The position numbers were made by a program, and so were the translations under genes. The notes beneath the pieces were generated by a model. The model had not been told where the DNA came from, made no database searches, and saw nothing but the letters and a program-made list of their open reading frames with translations. From a bacterium (GTDB lineage: Bacteria; SM23-31), in assembly GCA_965249485.1 (NCBI GenBank), contig OZ252239.1, positions 1,504,001 to 1,568,000 of the forward strand: a DNA stretch of 64,000 nt, read 5' to 3'. Below, in pieces: positions 41,588 through 50,713 of this stretch (position 1 is its first letter; each line of letters begins with the position of its first letter).

Positions 41588-42617
41588 CTAATAATCAATT
41601 GTATTGATCCATTGAGCCCCATTAATCTTTCCTTTCGCAAATGGTTTTATGTCACCGGATTGAACATCAATCATAAAGACTTCGACTACATTATCGGTCA
41701 TAGAAAATATTTCGGATCTTTCAAATAGAATTGATTCTCCGTTGGGTCCCCATACCGGATGATCATCAAGAAACCCCCCGTATGTGTAACTCTGATAATA
41801 TGATCCGTCCAGATTGGTCACTGAGATTGAATATCCTCTCACTGTTGAATCGATTTCTGCATAAACAAATAACTCTAAATCCTCATCCCACTCTGCGTTG
41901 TATGCCGCTTTTTTATTAATGCCATCTCGATTAATATGTTCTAAATGAGGATTATCGATCGGGACAAGATTACTTCCTGCCCTATCCATAAAATAGTAAC
42001 CACCACGTCTACCGCTTTCCTGCAATGTAACCCCAGTTACGATAAGCGTTTCAGGATCTTTCCAGCCTATTGGCAAGCTTGCGAATCCATTTCCACTAAA
42101 GGCATTCTTAACCGTTTCGGTACTAAAATCATAAAAATTAAGAACATTAAGTCCGAAAATATGCTTAGAGAAAAAGAATCCTGTGTTGTCGTAATTCCAT
42201 AGTGGATATTGGCCATGTAATGCATCAGGATAAAGAGCTACATCTTTCACAACATCATTGTTTATATCGTACATAACGAATGGCGGATCTCCATCATGAA
42301 CATATCTTGCATAGTCATTAAATAGAATTATACTTTTATCTCTTGAAAATCTGGGGCTTACTGCAGCGATTTCTTTACTGGTAACCACTTTATAATTCCT
42401 TGTGTCAAAAAAATCAATGCAGGACCAGTCTGGATATTTCCTGCTCATTTTCAATAAAAATCGCTGAAAGAGCCACCAGGTCTTGCGGACGTGTTCGTAT
42501 AACTTCATCGATATTTCCTGCTTTTTCAGGGATACCGATAATTGAATCACTGCAAAAATAGAGAGGGGAAGAAACGATGCAGATCAATAATGCATATACT
42601 ATTTTGTTTGTTTTCAT
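41588..42617 (-). pseudogene. TolB-like beta-propeller lipoprotein split by a 1-nt frameshift near 42420
   Basis: Signal-bearing ORF 42414..42617 joins 41588..42550 if one base is removed (CTG c ATT GAT TTT). Confidence 0.7.
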
Positions 42618-42836
42618 TGTTAAAGCCCCATGATTAATAATTTAAGATATTTGTGCAGCCAATTATCTTATCTGAGAAATTAAGGAAACGTGAATCCTTC
42701 CCGAATAGCATATTTCGTAAGTCCTGCCATAGTGTGTATGTTGAACGTTTCCATGGCAGCTTCCCGATCTTCTTTTGTAATTTCTTCTTGTTTTTGGGAT
42801 GAAAACCCAAACATTGAAAATAAACAAATCATACCC

Positions 42837-42866
42837 AATGTAAAACAATAAGTGCTCGAATGTCAA
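42837..42866 (-). promoter_or_regulatory. candidate sigma-70 promoter for the cargo cassette
   Basis: TTGACA-N18-TACATT on minus strand. Confidence 0.5.
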
Positions 42867-42882
42867 GCCTCGAATGTCAAGC
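42855..42882. repeat. perfect 14-bp tandem duplication CTCGAATGTCAAGC x2
   Basis: Read directly. Confidence 0.9.
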
Positions 42883-42893
42883 ATTGTTTTCAT

Positions 42894-42956
42894 TGGCAAA
42901 CTATTAAACGTATGCTACTCCTACAAGCTGTAGGTGTAGCACATACGTTTTTGCCA
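42894..42956. repeat. long imperfect inverted repeat
   Basis: TGGCAA, AAACGTATG, GCTAC and CCTACA arms pair with TGTAGG, GTAGC, CATACGTTT and TTGCCA. Confidence 0.8.
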
Positions 42957-43141
42957 CTTTTGTTCGTATATTCCCGTTAAACAATGTAGAATTCATCTGC
43001 CGCGTGCAGACTGAGTAAGGCGATTCTTATGAGTCGCAGCATATCTGAAATGTGTTTATGCGACCCTTAGAAGCGGGGGAGTAGACACGAGTCAACGCAA
43101 TGCAACAAGGTTGGTGCTAACATATCTTTTCCAGGACTGTA

Positions 43142-43645
43142 ATGGCAGAGAAAAAGACACAGAAGAAGAAGAAGGATACGAAGGCTGAGAAATCAAAACG
43201 AGGCCGGAAGTGTAAGTATGCTACTCACGTAAAGCCGAAAGTCAAAAGTGGTGAAATCAAGGAGTGGGCTGAGGAAGGCTTGATTGAAGCTGAAATGTGC
43301 AAACGGCTTGGTGTTTCCAGGAGTCAATTTCAGGTATATAAAAAAGATTTTTCAGACTTATCAGACTCCTTAAAAGAGGGAAAGCAGATTGCGGATTATC
43401 GGGTCGAACAGTCACTATACAGACGGGCAATGGGTTATGAGTATGAAGAAACAAAAGTTGTATTGATCGGGGAAAATAAACGGCGAATCGAGAAGACGAT
43501 CAAACAAGTGGCTGCCGATGTAACCGCTATCATATTCTGGTTGAAGAACCGGAATCCGAAAGACTGGAAAGACAAACGTGATCACGATTTTACATCAGGC
43601 GGCGAGAAGGTTACAATCAATGTAAATCTGACAGACAATGAGTAA
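43142..43645 (+). CDS. terminase small subunit
   Basis: GRKCKY, HTH, VEQSLYRRAMGY, DVTAIIFWLKNR; directly before TerL. Confidence 0.85.
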   Translation: MAEKKTQKKKKDTKAEKSKRGRKCKYATHVKPKVKSGEIKEWAEEGLIEAEMCKRLGVSRSQFQVYKKDFSDLSDSLKEGKQIADYRVEQSLYRRAMGYEYEETKVVLIGENKRRIEKTIKQVAADVTAIIFWLKNRNPKDWKDKRDHDFTSGGEKVTINVNLTDNE

Positions 43646-44958
43646 TGAAAAAGTCAATAATCATACTACTACTTATATCGGTACTCTGTGCTATGGAAGT
43701 TGATCTTAACATAGACAAGAGAATCTTCAACCCGAAGTATCTGAAATTCCTTAATGATACGACACGGACACAGATATTCTTTGGCGGATCGTCAAGCGGC
43801 AAATCGGTATTCACTATCGGACAGAGGATGATCATCGATTTGATGAAGGGCGGACGCAATTATCTAGCTGCACGGAATGTTGGGAGGACGCTCCGGGATT
43901 CGGTATTTAACGAAGCGCTGCAGGGGATATCCAGACTTAAAGTAGAACACTTATTTAAAGTCAATAAGTCGGATATGACGATTACCTGTGCCAATGGGTA
44001 TCAGGCTATTCTTAAAGGGCTTGACGATGTGCAGAAGATTAAGTCGGTCAGACCGCAAAAGGGCGTAGTCACCGACATCCTATGTGAAGAAGCTACAGAG
44101 ATGTCGTATGATGATATCAAGGAGCTGACAAAACGACTCAGAGGGGAGTCTAAAGTACCGAAGCGGATCACGTTTCTCTTCAATCCTATCATGCGATCTC
44201 ACTGGATATATCAGACCTATTTCGCCGGGAAGTTCGGTGATAATGACACTTGCTATAAAGATGATAATCTCCTGATCCTCAAGACAACCTACCAAGACAA
44301 CAACTTCCTTGCAGCTGATGATGTGTACGCTCTGGAAAATGAGGAAGATGAATACTACTACAATGTCTACACGCTTGGTAATTGGGGTATAATCGGGAAG
44401 ATGGTTTTCAAAAATTGGGAGGCACAGGACTTAAGCGATCTAAAGAGCAAGCTTGAGTACTTCCGGAATGGTCTTGATTTTGGATTTACGAATGATCCGA
44501 CAGCATTTGTCAGAGCAAGTAGAAAACATAAATCTATTTATATCACCGATGAAATGTATAAGTATGGTCTAACGAATGAGATGATAGCACAAGAGATCTT
44601 GCCTATTATCAATGAAGAGCCCGTATGGTGCGATTCAGCAGAACCGAAATCGATCTACGAACTGACAACCTACGGAGTCAATGCACAGTCTGCTATGAAG
44701 GGTCCGGGATCATTGAACTTCGGGATACAGTGGCTCAAGAAGTATAACATCGTCATAGATAAGAGTTGCCAGAATACGATCAATGACTTTCAACTTTACC
44801 AGTACAAAAAGAATAAAGATGGTGAGTATTTGAATATACCGGTTGACAAAAACAACCATTCACCTGATGCACTGAGATATGGATTCAGTACAGAGATATT
44901 CGATGAAAAGAAAGAATCAGTGCCGCATAAAACAGCCGCTGAGATGGGGTTTTTCTAA
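43645..44958 (+). CDS. terminase large subunit, PBSX family
   Basis: GGSSSGKS Walker A, CEEATE Walker B, FNP, GLDFGF, DSAEP, NHSPDALRY. Confidence 0.95.
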   Translation: MKKSIIILLLISVLCAMEVDLNIDKRIFNPKYLKFLNDTTRTQIFFGGSSSGKSVFTIGQRMIIDLMKGGRNYLAARNVGRTLRDSVFNEALQGISRLKVEHLFKVNKSDMTITCANGYQAILKGLDDVQKIKSVRPQKGVVTDILCEEATEMSYDDIKELTKRLRGESKVPKRITFLFNPIMRSHWIYQTYFAGKFGDNDTCYKDDNLLILKTTYQDNNFLAADDVYALENEEDEYYYNVYTLGNWGIIGKMVFKNWEAQDLSDLKSKLEYFRNGLDFGFTNDPTAFVRASRKHKSIYITDEMYKYGLTNEMIAQEILPIINEEPVWCDSAEPKSIYELTTYGVNAQSAMKGPGSLNFGIQWLKKYNIVIDKSCQNTINDFQLYQYKKNKDGEYLNIPVDKNNHSPDALRYGFSTEIFDEKKESVPHKTAAEMGFF

Positions 44959-45200
44959 TGGAGAAAATATTTTACTGCGTATACAGTGCGGTCAATATCA
45001 ATGAGCTGCGAATGACGGGGAATCTTCTTTATTATTCACCTGCAGGCGTCATAGACGGCATCGAGAGTCATTTAAACAAACAGGGTTTATATAATGTGAA
45101 TATCATTCACTCGGAAGAAGTTACCGAGGTGCAAGCACAGCATATAGCTAACGAGATAAGTAAATCAATCTACAGCTACACAAATGCCATCAATAACTGA
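44958..45200 (+). CDS. phage hypothetical protein
   Basis: TAATG-coupled to TerL. Confidence 0.55.
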   Translation: MEKIFYCVYSAVNINELRMTGNLLYYSPAGVIDGIESHLNKQGLYNVNIIHSEEVTEVQAQHIANEISKSIYSYTNAINN

Positions 45201-46584
45201 AATAATCGGATTGGGTGATGCCCAAAAAATAATTACAGCACTAACAGCCAGCGACGGTCGTGAAATCGATAAGTGGCGGAAAGAGTATGACGGCGACCAT
45301 GAGATACTGAATCTGCGCGACAAGATTGTCGGTACCGGAAGGAGCCAGAGGATTGTAAAAGTTGCAAAAGAGATTGTCACATACCAGCAGGATATTGTGG
45401 ATTTTGCTGTTGCTTTCTTGTTTGGCGCACCTGTTAATCTGGTACTGAACAGTAAAGAAAATAGTCATGAGGATGTCTATGAGCTTATAACCGAGGTCTG
45501 GAGAGGCAGAAAGCTTGATGAATTCAACCGGAAACTTGCACGGAGTCTTTTTGTCGAGACAAAGGTTGCCGAACTCTGGTTCGTTCATCCCGAGACGAAA
45601 GATATAAAAGTGATGTTGCTGAGCAACAAAACAGGTAATGAAGTGTTCGCACATTATGATGATTACGGGGATATGGATGCCTTTACCCGTAAATATTCTA
45701 CGGCGGGTGTTGCTGGTAAAAAAGTCGAGTATGTTGACGTGTATACTGCAACAGTGATATACAACTACACAAAGACATTAAGCGGGTGGGAACAAAATGA
45801 ACAGTCCAATCCCATAGGTAAGATACCTGTTGTGTACTATGATCAGGAAAAACCGGAATGGGCGAATGTACAGACTCAGATTGACAGGATTGAAACGATG
45901 CTGTCAAAGTTTTCGGATATGAATGATTATTTCGCAAGCCCGGGTTTGAAGGTGAAGGGCAAGATTGCTGATACACCGGCGAAAGAAGAAGTAGGCAAGA
46001 TGTTTGTTTTTGAGGGTATCCGGGGATCGGAAGGAAAAATAGAATATGGAGACGTAGAATATCTAACATGGAACAATTCGCCGGAAGCCCTGAAAACCGA
46101 ATTTGAAATTAAAAAAGACATCATTTATGCACAGACGAAAACACCTGATCTGAGTTTTAATAATGTGAAGGGGATATCCAACCTATCCGGAATTGCATTG
46201 AAGTTTATGTTCTTGGCGAGTGAGCTTAAAGCCAATAACAAGCAAGAGATTTTTGGTGAGGGTTTGACACGGCGAATCAACGTGTTGAAAGCAATACTGT
46301 CAAAGACTGATTATGCGAAGATTGCCACCCAGACGAATAGACCCACTGAAGAAGTGATGCATGATTTAAATATCGGTATTACGTTCAATAGTGTGCTGCC
46401 GGAAGATGAACGAGAACTTATTGAGTTGTTGAGCATTGCACGCGGCGGAGAACCGACGATGAGTAATGAAACGGCTGTTAAAAATAATAAATATGTAACA
46501 GATCCGAAAGCGGAATTGGAATCGCTTGAAAAAGAGAAACAACAGCAGTCTGCAAGTCAGATTGCAGCGAGTTTTAATCTATAA
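45184..46584 (+). CDS. portal protein, SPP1 family
   Basis: IVDFAVAFLFGAPV, IGKIPVVY, TPDLSF, LSGIALKF. Confidence 0.92.
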   Translation: MPSITEIIGLGDAQKIITALTASDGREIDKWRKEYDGDHEILNLRDKIVGTGRSQRIVKVAKEIVTYQQDIVDFAVAFLFGAPVNLVLNSKENSHEDVYELITEVWRGRKLDEFNRKLARSLFVETKVAELWFVHPETKDIKVMLLSNKTGNEVFAHYDDYGDMDAFTRKYSTAGVAGKKVEYVDVYTATVIYNYTKTLSGWEQNEQSNPIGKIPVVYYDQEKPEWANVQTQIDRIETMLSKFSDMNDYFASPGLKVKGKIADTPAKEEVGKMFVFEGIRGSEGKIEYGDVEYLTWNNSPEALKTEFEIKKDIIYAQTKTPDLSFNNVKGISNLSGIALKFMFLASELKANNKQEIFGEGLTRRINVLKAILSKTDYAKIATQTNRPTEEVMHDLNIGITFNSVLPEDERELIELLSIARGGEPTMSNETAVKNNKYVTDPKAELESLEKEKQQQSASQIAASFNL

Positions 46585-46642
46585 AGGACGAACCACTTTT
46601 ACACTTTAGAAATAGTCATAGAGATAGTTATCTGGGTGATGT

Positions 46643-47086
46643 ATGATACTTTTATTAAAATTGTTATTCCTAATAGCCATTCAATGTTATCACTACTTTG
46701 AAGGCTGGACTGAATATAAATCGTGGGCTGGAATCAAGAAACCCGGAGTATATCATCAGAAACGTTTGTATGAGACGGGGGGGATATATGCAGCACCTCT
46801 GTTTGCTTTTTATTTGGGATTGTTTACTCCTTTCAGATGGGATGCATCAATATTTAATTATTCAATTTACCCGCTCTTATTGGGCAGCGTCATCCTCGGA
46901 CAGGCGGTATATGAGGGAGCGTTTACCATCCAGCAAGGCGGATGGAAGAATCTCTGGTATAAACCGTATCCGTATAAACTGAATTTGTACTTTAAAACTA
47001 TTGTCATCAACCGAGAAAAGTATTCACGGCAGCTGTATGCCGGTTTTTGCATAATCGGAATTATACTCATTTGGATCGGGATGTAA
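46643..47086 (+). CDS. multi-pass membrane protein
   Basis: About four hydrophobic segments; TAATG-coupled to the sigma gene. Confidence 0.65.
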   Translation: MILLLKLLFLIAIQCYHYFEGWTEYKSWAGIKKPGVYHQKRLYETGGIYAAPLFAFYLGLFTPFRWDASIFNYSIYPLLLGSVILGQAVYEGAFTIQQGGWKNLWYKPYPYKLNLYFKTIVINREKYSRQLYAGFCIIGIILIWIGM

Positions 47087-47649
47087 TGAATATGTCTGCT
47101 CCTTTTAGAAAGAGCTACATTTCAGTAGTAAAAGCAGCTGTTCATGCTGGTGGATTCAGTACACCGACGTGCATCACAAAAGAAGATTTAATTCAACAGG
47201 GAATGCTGATTATGTTGAATACTCTGAAAACATTTGATGCTAAGAAAGGTAAGAAAGTCGATTCATGGATATATCTGAAGGTGAAATATGGAATACATGA
47301 TTATCTGCGACAGATAACAAAATCCAGAACGTACAAAGGTGAGTTAGCGGTAATAAACCTGTATTTGGAAACATCACTGAATGAATCAATTAGTTGTGGA
47401 GAAGGAGGAGAGTCAACAGAGCTTATCGACCTCTTGCGTGACGATGATGAGATCCTTGAACACGCTGGTGAAGATGTTGATATGGAAAGACTATTTGCCA
47501 GTTTTGATTTGAATGATAGAGAGCGAAATTTGATTCTGCTTAGGCAGGAAGAACTGTTTAATACTCAAATAGCTCCGTTATTAAACATATCGCCATCAAG
47601 GGTATCTCAGATACATACAAGAATCAAAGATAAACTTAAAGTAGCATAA
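47086..47649 (+). CDS. sigma-70 family factor, FliA/WhiG-like
   Basis: Region 2 EDLIQQG...FDAKKG...IHDYLR; region 4 ISPSRVSQIH. Confidence 0.8.
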   Translation: MNMSAPFRKSYISVVKAAVHAGGFSTPTCITKEDLIQQGMLIMLNTLKTFDAKKGKKVDSWIYLKVKYGIHDYLRQITKSRTYKGELAVINLYLETSLNESISCGEGGESTELIDLLRDDDEILEHAGEDVDMERLFASFDLNDRERNLILLRQEELFNTQIAPLLNISPSRVSQIHTRIKDKLKVA

Positions 47650-47660
47650 AGGAGTAATCA

Positions 47661-48155
47661 ATGAATTGGAAAGATGTCGGCAGTTTATTACTCGATAAAG
47701 CGCCGAAATTAGCAGTAAGGCTTATGACCGGGAAAGCGAAAACCGCAGGGAAATTGATCGCGAATTTTATTGGTGTCAAAGGAAAGCCGGATGCCGTGTA
47801 TAAAGCAATCGAAGCTAATCCGGATATCATTGTTCAACTGTCGAATAATGAAGCGGAGCTTGAACAGGCATATCTGGAGGATATCCAGCACGCACGAAGC
47901 ATATTCTCTGCTGATGGCAGGAAAGACCCGTTTCAGTATGGACTTGCCATAGTGGTGACCATAGGGACGTTCTGGATATTATATGTTCTGATGAATAATC
48001 TATTTGTCGATACGCCGAAAGAAGTTCTTGCATTGATATCGATGATCGCCGGTCAGATCGTAAACAAATTCAGCTCTGTTGTGGACTACTTCTTCGGGTC
48101 CAGCAAATCATCATCAGATAAAACTGCTTTGTTAGGATCCGTCACTGATGAATGA
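47661..48155 (+). CDS. putative holin (3TM-holin-like)
   Basis: Amphipathic N-terminus, DIQHAR, two TM helices, YFFGSS tail. Confidence 0.7.
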   Translation: MNWKDVGSLLLDKAPKLAVRLMTGKAKTAGKLIANFIGVKGKPDAVYKAIEANPDIIVQLSNNEAELEQAYLEDIQHARSIFSADGRKDPFQYGLAIVVTIGTFWILYVLMNNLFVDTPKEVLALISMIAGQIVNKFSSVVDYFFGSSKSSSDKTALLGSVTDE

Positions 48156-48486
48156 ATACCTCGTTGAAATACTAATTACTATTGGCGCTGCTATTGGTTT
48201 GCTCAATAACTGGTACCGAATGAAAGCTGTGATCCGGAAAGAGTTTGATGATCGGTATGTGACCGATAAGCAATTAACGAAAACAAAGGATAAGATTTAC
48301 GATTCAGCCCGGAAGAACAGAACAGAAATTACCACTGAATTTAAAGGCTGTATCGATGCTGCTGAAAAGCGGATGTGCACCAATAATAAATTGAAGTTCT
48401 ATGATATCAAAGAAGGCAACAGGATTGCAGTGAAATTGGAAGCAATGAAAGAAGATTTGGAAGAACACAAAAAACGGCTCCCATAA
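48148..48486 (+). CDS. membrane-anchored coiled-coil protein
   Basis: N-terminal TM helix, charged helical body. Confidence 0.6.
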   Translation: MNEYLVEILITIGAAIGLLNNWYRMKAVIRKEFDDRYVTDKQLTKTKDKIYDSARKNRTEITTEFKGCIDAAEKRMCTNNKLKFYDIKEGNRIAVKLEAMKEDLEEHKKRLP

Positions 48487-48496
48487 GGAACCTACT

Positions 48497-48688
48497 ATGA
48501 CAAATGGAAAAGTAGCATCAGAGGCAATGTGCAAAGCCCGGAATGAACAGACCAATAAGCGCATTGACGAAATGGCTGAGGATAATCTGCTGATACATAA
48601 AAAACTTGATCAGCTGATTGGTGATGTGTCGTTTATCAGGGGCAGGTTGAACGGTTTGTTGGGGGATGTGAATGCCTCTGGAAAATGA
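48497..48688 (+). CDS. small coiled-coil phage protein
   Basis: AAGGA RBS, operon position. Confidence 0.55.
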   Translation: MTNGKVASEAMCKARNEQTNKRIDEMAEDNLLIHKKLDQLIGDVSFIRGRLNGLLGDVNASGK

Positions 48689-49658
48689 GTTTGCTAAAGA
48701 AAATATAATGAGGATAGCAGCTCGCAACGAACAGCTTGAAAGGATTATACGACAAGCTTTAAAAAATGCGGCAAGGGATATCAACCAATTCAAGCTAAGA
48801 AATCCCAAGAATTTTGAAGGAAGGTTTACCTACACAAGAAACAGAGGACTTGAAAAAAGTCTCAATTCATTAATGCATGATTTGAATACAAAAATTCACA
48901 CTGGAATACAAACAGGTATAACTGATCACTGGAATCTTGCAAATATTAAAAACAAAAAACTCGAGGAGATATTTCTTAAAGGTACCGGTATTATAGCTGA
49001 ATTTGGAGATTTAAACCTACAAGCACTTGACAACTTTTTAAACCGTACCGAAAATGGACTTAATTTGTCAAAGCGAGTCTGGAGAATAACAGATGGCATA
49101 AAAGATGATCTTGAAACATATATTGGTAGCGGGATAGTCAGTGGCAAGTCAGCTGTTAGCAGAGCAAAAGATATTGAGCAATATATATCAGGAGGAGGTG
49201 TTAAATATCAAGGCAGGTTGATCAAGGCCGGTAATCGTAAATTCGAAGCTATCAGACTTGCTGCAAATGAGACAAATCTTGCTTACAGAGCGAGTGATTA
49301 TGAGAGAAGACAACAGTTACCGTTTGTGACAGGAATAACGGTTCATTTATCTGATCAGCATCCACAAGATGACATATGCAACGAGATGTATGGTGATTAT
49401 CCGAAAGGATTTATATTTACGGGATGGCACGTAAGTTGTGTTTGTTATACGACATCAAAGTTGATTAGCAAAGAGGAATTCAAAAGATATCTAAAAACTG
49501 GTGAACTAAAACCGAATACTCAGATTCAATCAATTCCGACAAGCGCAACTAAGTTTCTACAGGAAAAGGGAGATCGAATTAAGAAATTGAAGAGTCGGCC
49601 TTATTGGGTGACAGATAATTTCTCTAATAAATTAAAATTAAAAAGTAGTGTCGCCTAG
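48672..49658 (+). CDS. minor head morphogenesis protein (MuF/gp7-like)
   Basis: LSKRVW, RLAANET..AY, DIC...G.YPK.F.F.GWH..C.C. Confidence 0.8.
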   Translation: MPLENEFAKENIMRIAARNEQLERIIRQALKNAARDINQFKLRNPKNFEGRFTYTRNRGLEKSLNSLMHDLNTKIHTGIQTGITDHWNLANIKNKKLEEIFLKGTGIIAEFGDLNLQALDNFLNRTENGLNLSKRVWRITDGIKDDLETYIGSGIVSGKSAVSRAKDIEQYISGGGVKYQGRLIKAGNRKFEAIRLAANETNLAYRASDYERRQQLPFVTGITVHLSDQHPQDDICNEMYGDYPKGFIFTGWHVSCVCYTTSKLISKEEFKRYLKTGELKPNTQIQSIPTSATKFLQEKGDRIKKLKSRPYWVTDNFSNKLKLKSSVA

Positions 49659-49690
49659 ATAAGTTTCAATTATTAAATCATGATCCAGTA

Positions 49691-49882
49691 ATGAAGGAAT
49701 CAAAACTTGTAGGACACAACCTAAATATAAATGCAGAAGATTTGGAAGTTTTTCAAAAAGTATATAACGTAAAATCAATAGATGATGCAATTAAGATAGT
49801 GAACAATAACCGGTCACTTTTTATTTGCCCCGAACCACTAACAATCACAGGAGGATTGAACAATGAATGCAACTCAAATTAA
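49691..49882 (+). CDS. small hypothetical protein
   Basis: ORF between minor head and scaffold genes. Confidence 0.35.
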   Translation: MKESKLVGHNLNINAEDLEVFQKVYNVKSIDDAIKIVNNNRSLFICPEPLTITGGLNNECNSN

Positions 49883-50669
49883 GAACGCATTGAAAGCTGC
49901 GGGCTTAGACGAGGGTCTGTATGAAACCCTAAAGCTTGGAGAAAGGAGGTTTGGGAACGAAACCGAACTGAATTCGGAAATCGAGAAAATTAAAACCGAG
50001 CAGGATATCTACACCAAACTTGATAAGGCTGGTTTAGACAAGACTGCTATTGAGAATCTGATTGAGAAGAGAGCACAGAGTCAATTTGATCAGAAGATCA
50101 CGAAAGCGCTGCAGACGTCGCAGGATAATTCAGAAAAGAAAATGAACGAATTAAAACAGCAGCTTGACGAATTGCAGAAGGGGCAGCAGAACGGAAAAAC
50201 CGATGACGAACCTTCTCATCAGGATGCCTTGACAGAAGATCAGAAAACAATTTCCTCACTTAAAACGGAGATTCAGGAACTATCGAAGAAGATAGATGAT
50301 CAGAGTCAAGCCGTTCAAACTCTTTCCTCTGATAAAAAGACTGAAACGCTAAACGCTCAAAAGAAAGAAGCTCTGGTGACTGTGTTTAAGGGACATCAGG
50401 TTGATGAGAGTCATATTGAGAGCCTTATACCGTTGATTCCCGATAGTGACGAGCCGGAGTCCATTGCACAAAGCGCAGAGACGTTGAAGAGCACATACCT
50501 CGATATGCACCAGGCGGACATCAATCAAAAGATTGAGAGCGGAGAAATTCCGAAAGCGGGAACATCCGTGAATTTGTCGAACGCTGCTATCGAGGCTGCG
50601 GCCGATTCACTGAATAAAGGTGAATCGTCTCATGGACTTGCTTCAAAGCCTCTCGGTATTAGAGGATAA
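49863..50669 (+). CDS. capsid scaffolding protein
   Basis: Acidic coiled-coil protein upstream of capsid genes; GGAGG RBS. Confidence 0.7.
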   Translation: MNATQIKNALKAAGLDEGLYETLKLGERRFGNETELNSEIEKIKTEQDIYTKLDKAGLDKTAIENLIEKRAQSQFDQKITKALQTSQDNSEKKMNELKQQLDELQKGQQNGKTDDEPSHQDALTEDQKTISSLKTEIQELSKKIDDQSQAVQTLSSDKKTETLNAQKKEALVTVFKGHQVDESHIESLIPLIPDSDEPESIAQSAETLKSTYLDMHQADINQKIESGEIPKAGTSVNLSNAAIEAAADSLNKGESSHGLASKPLGIRG

Positions 50670-50713
50670 GTAATCTCACATAGTCAATATTCATAAAAGG
50701 AGGTAATAACAAT

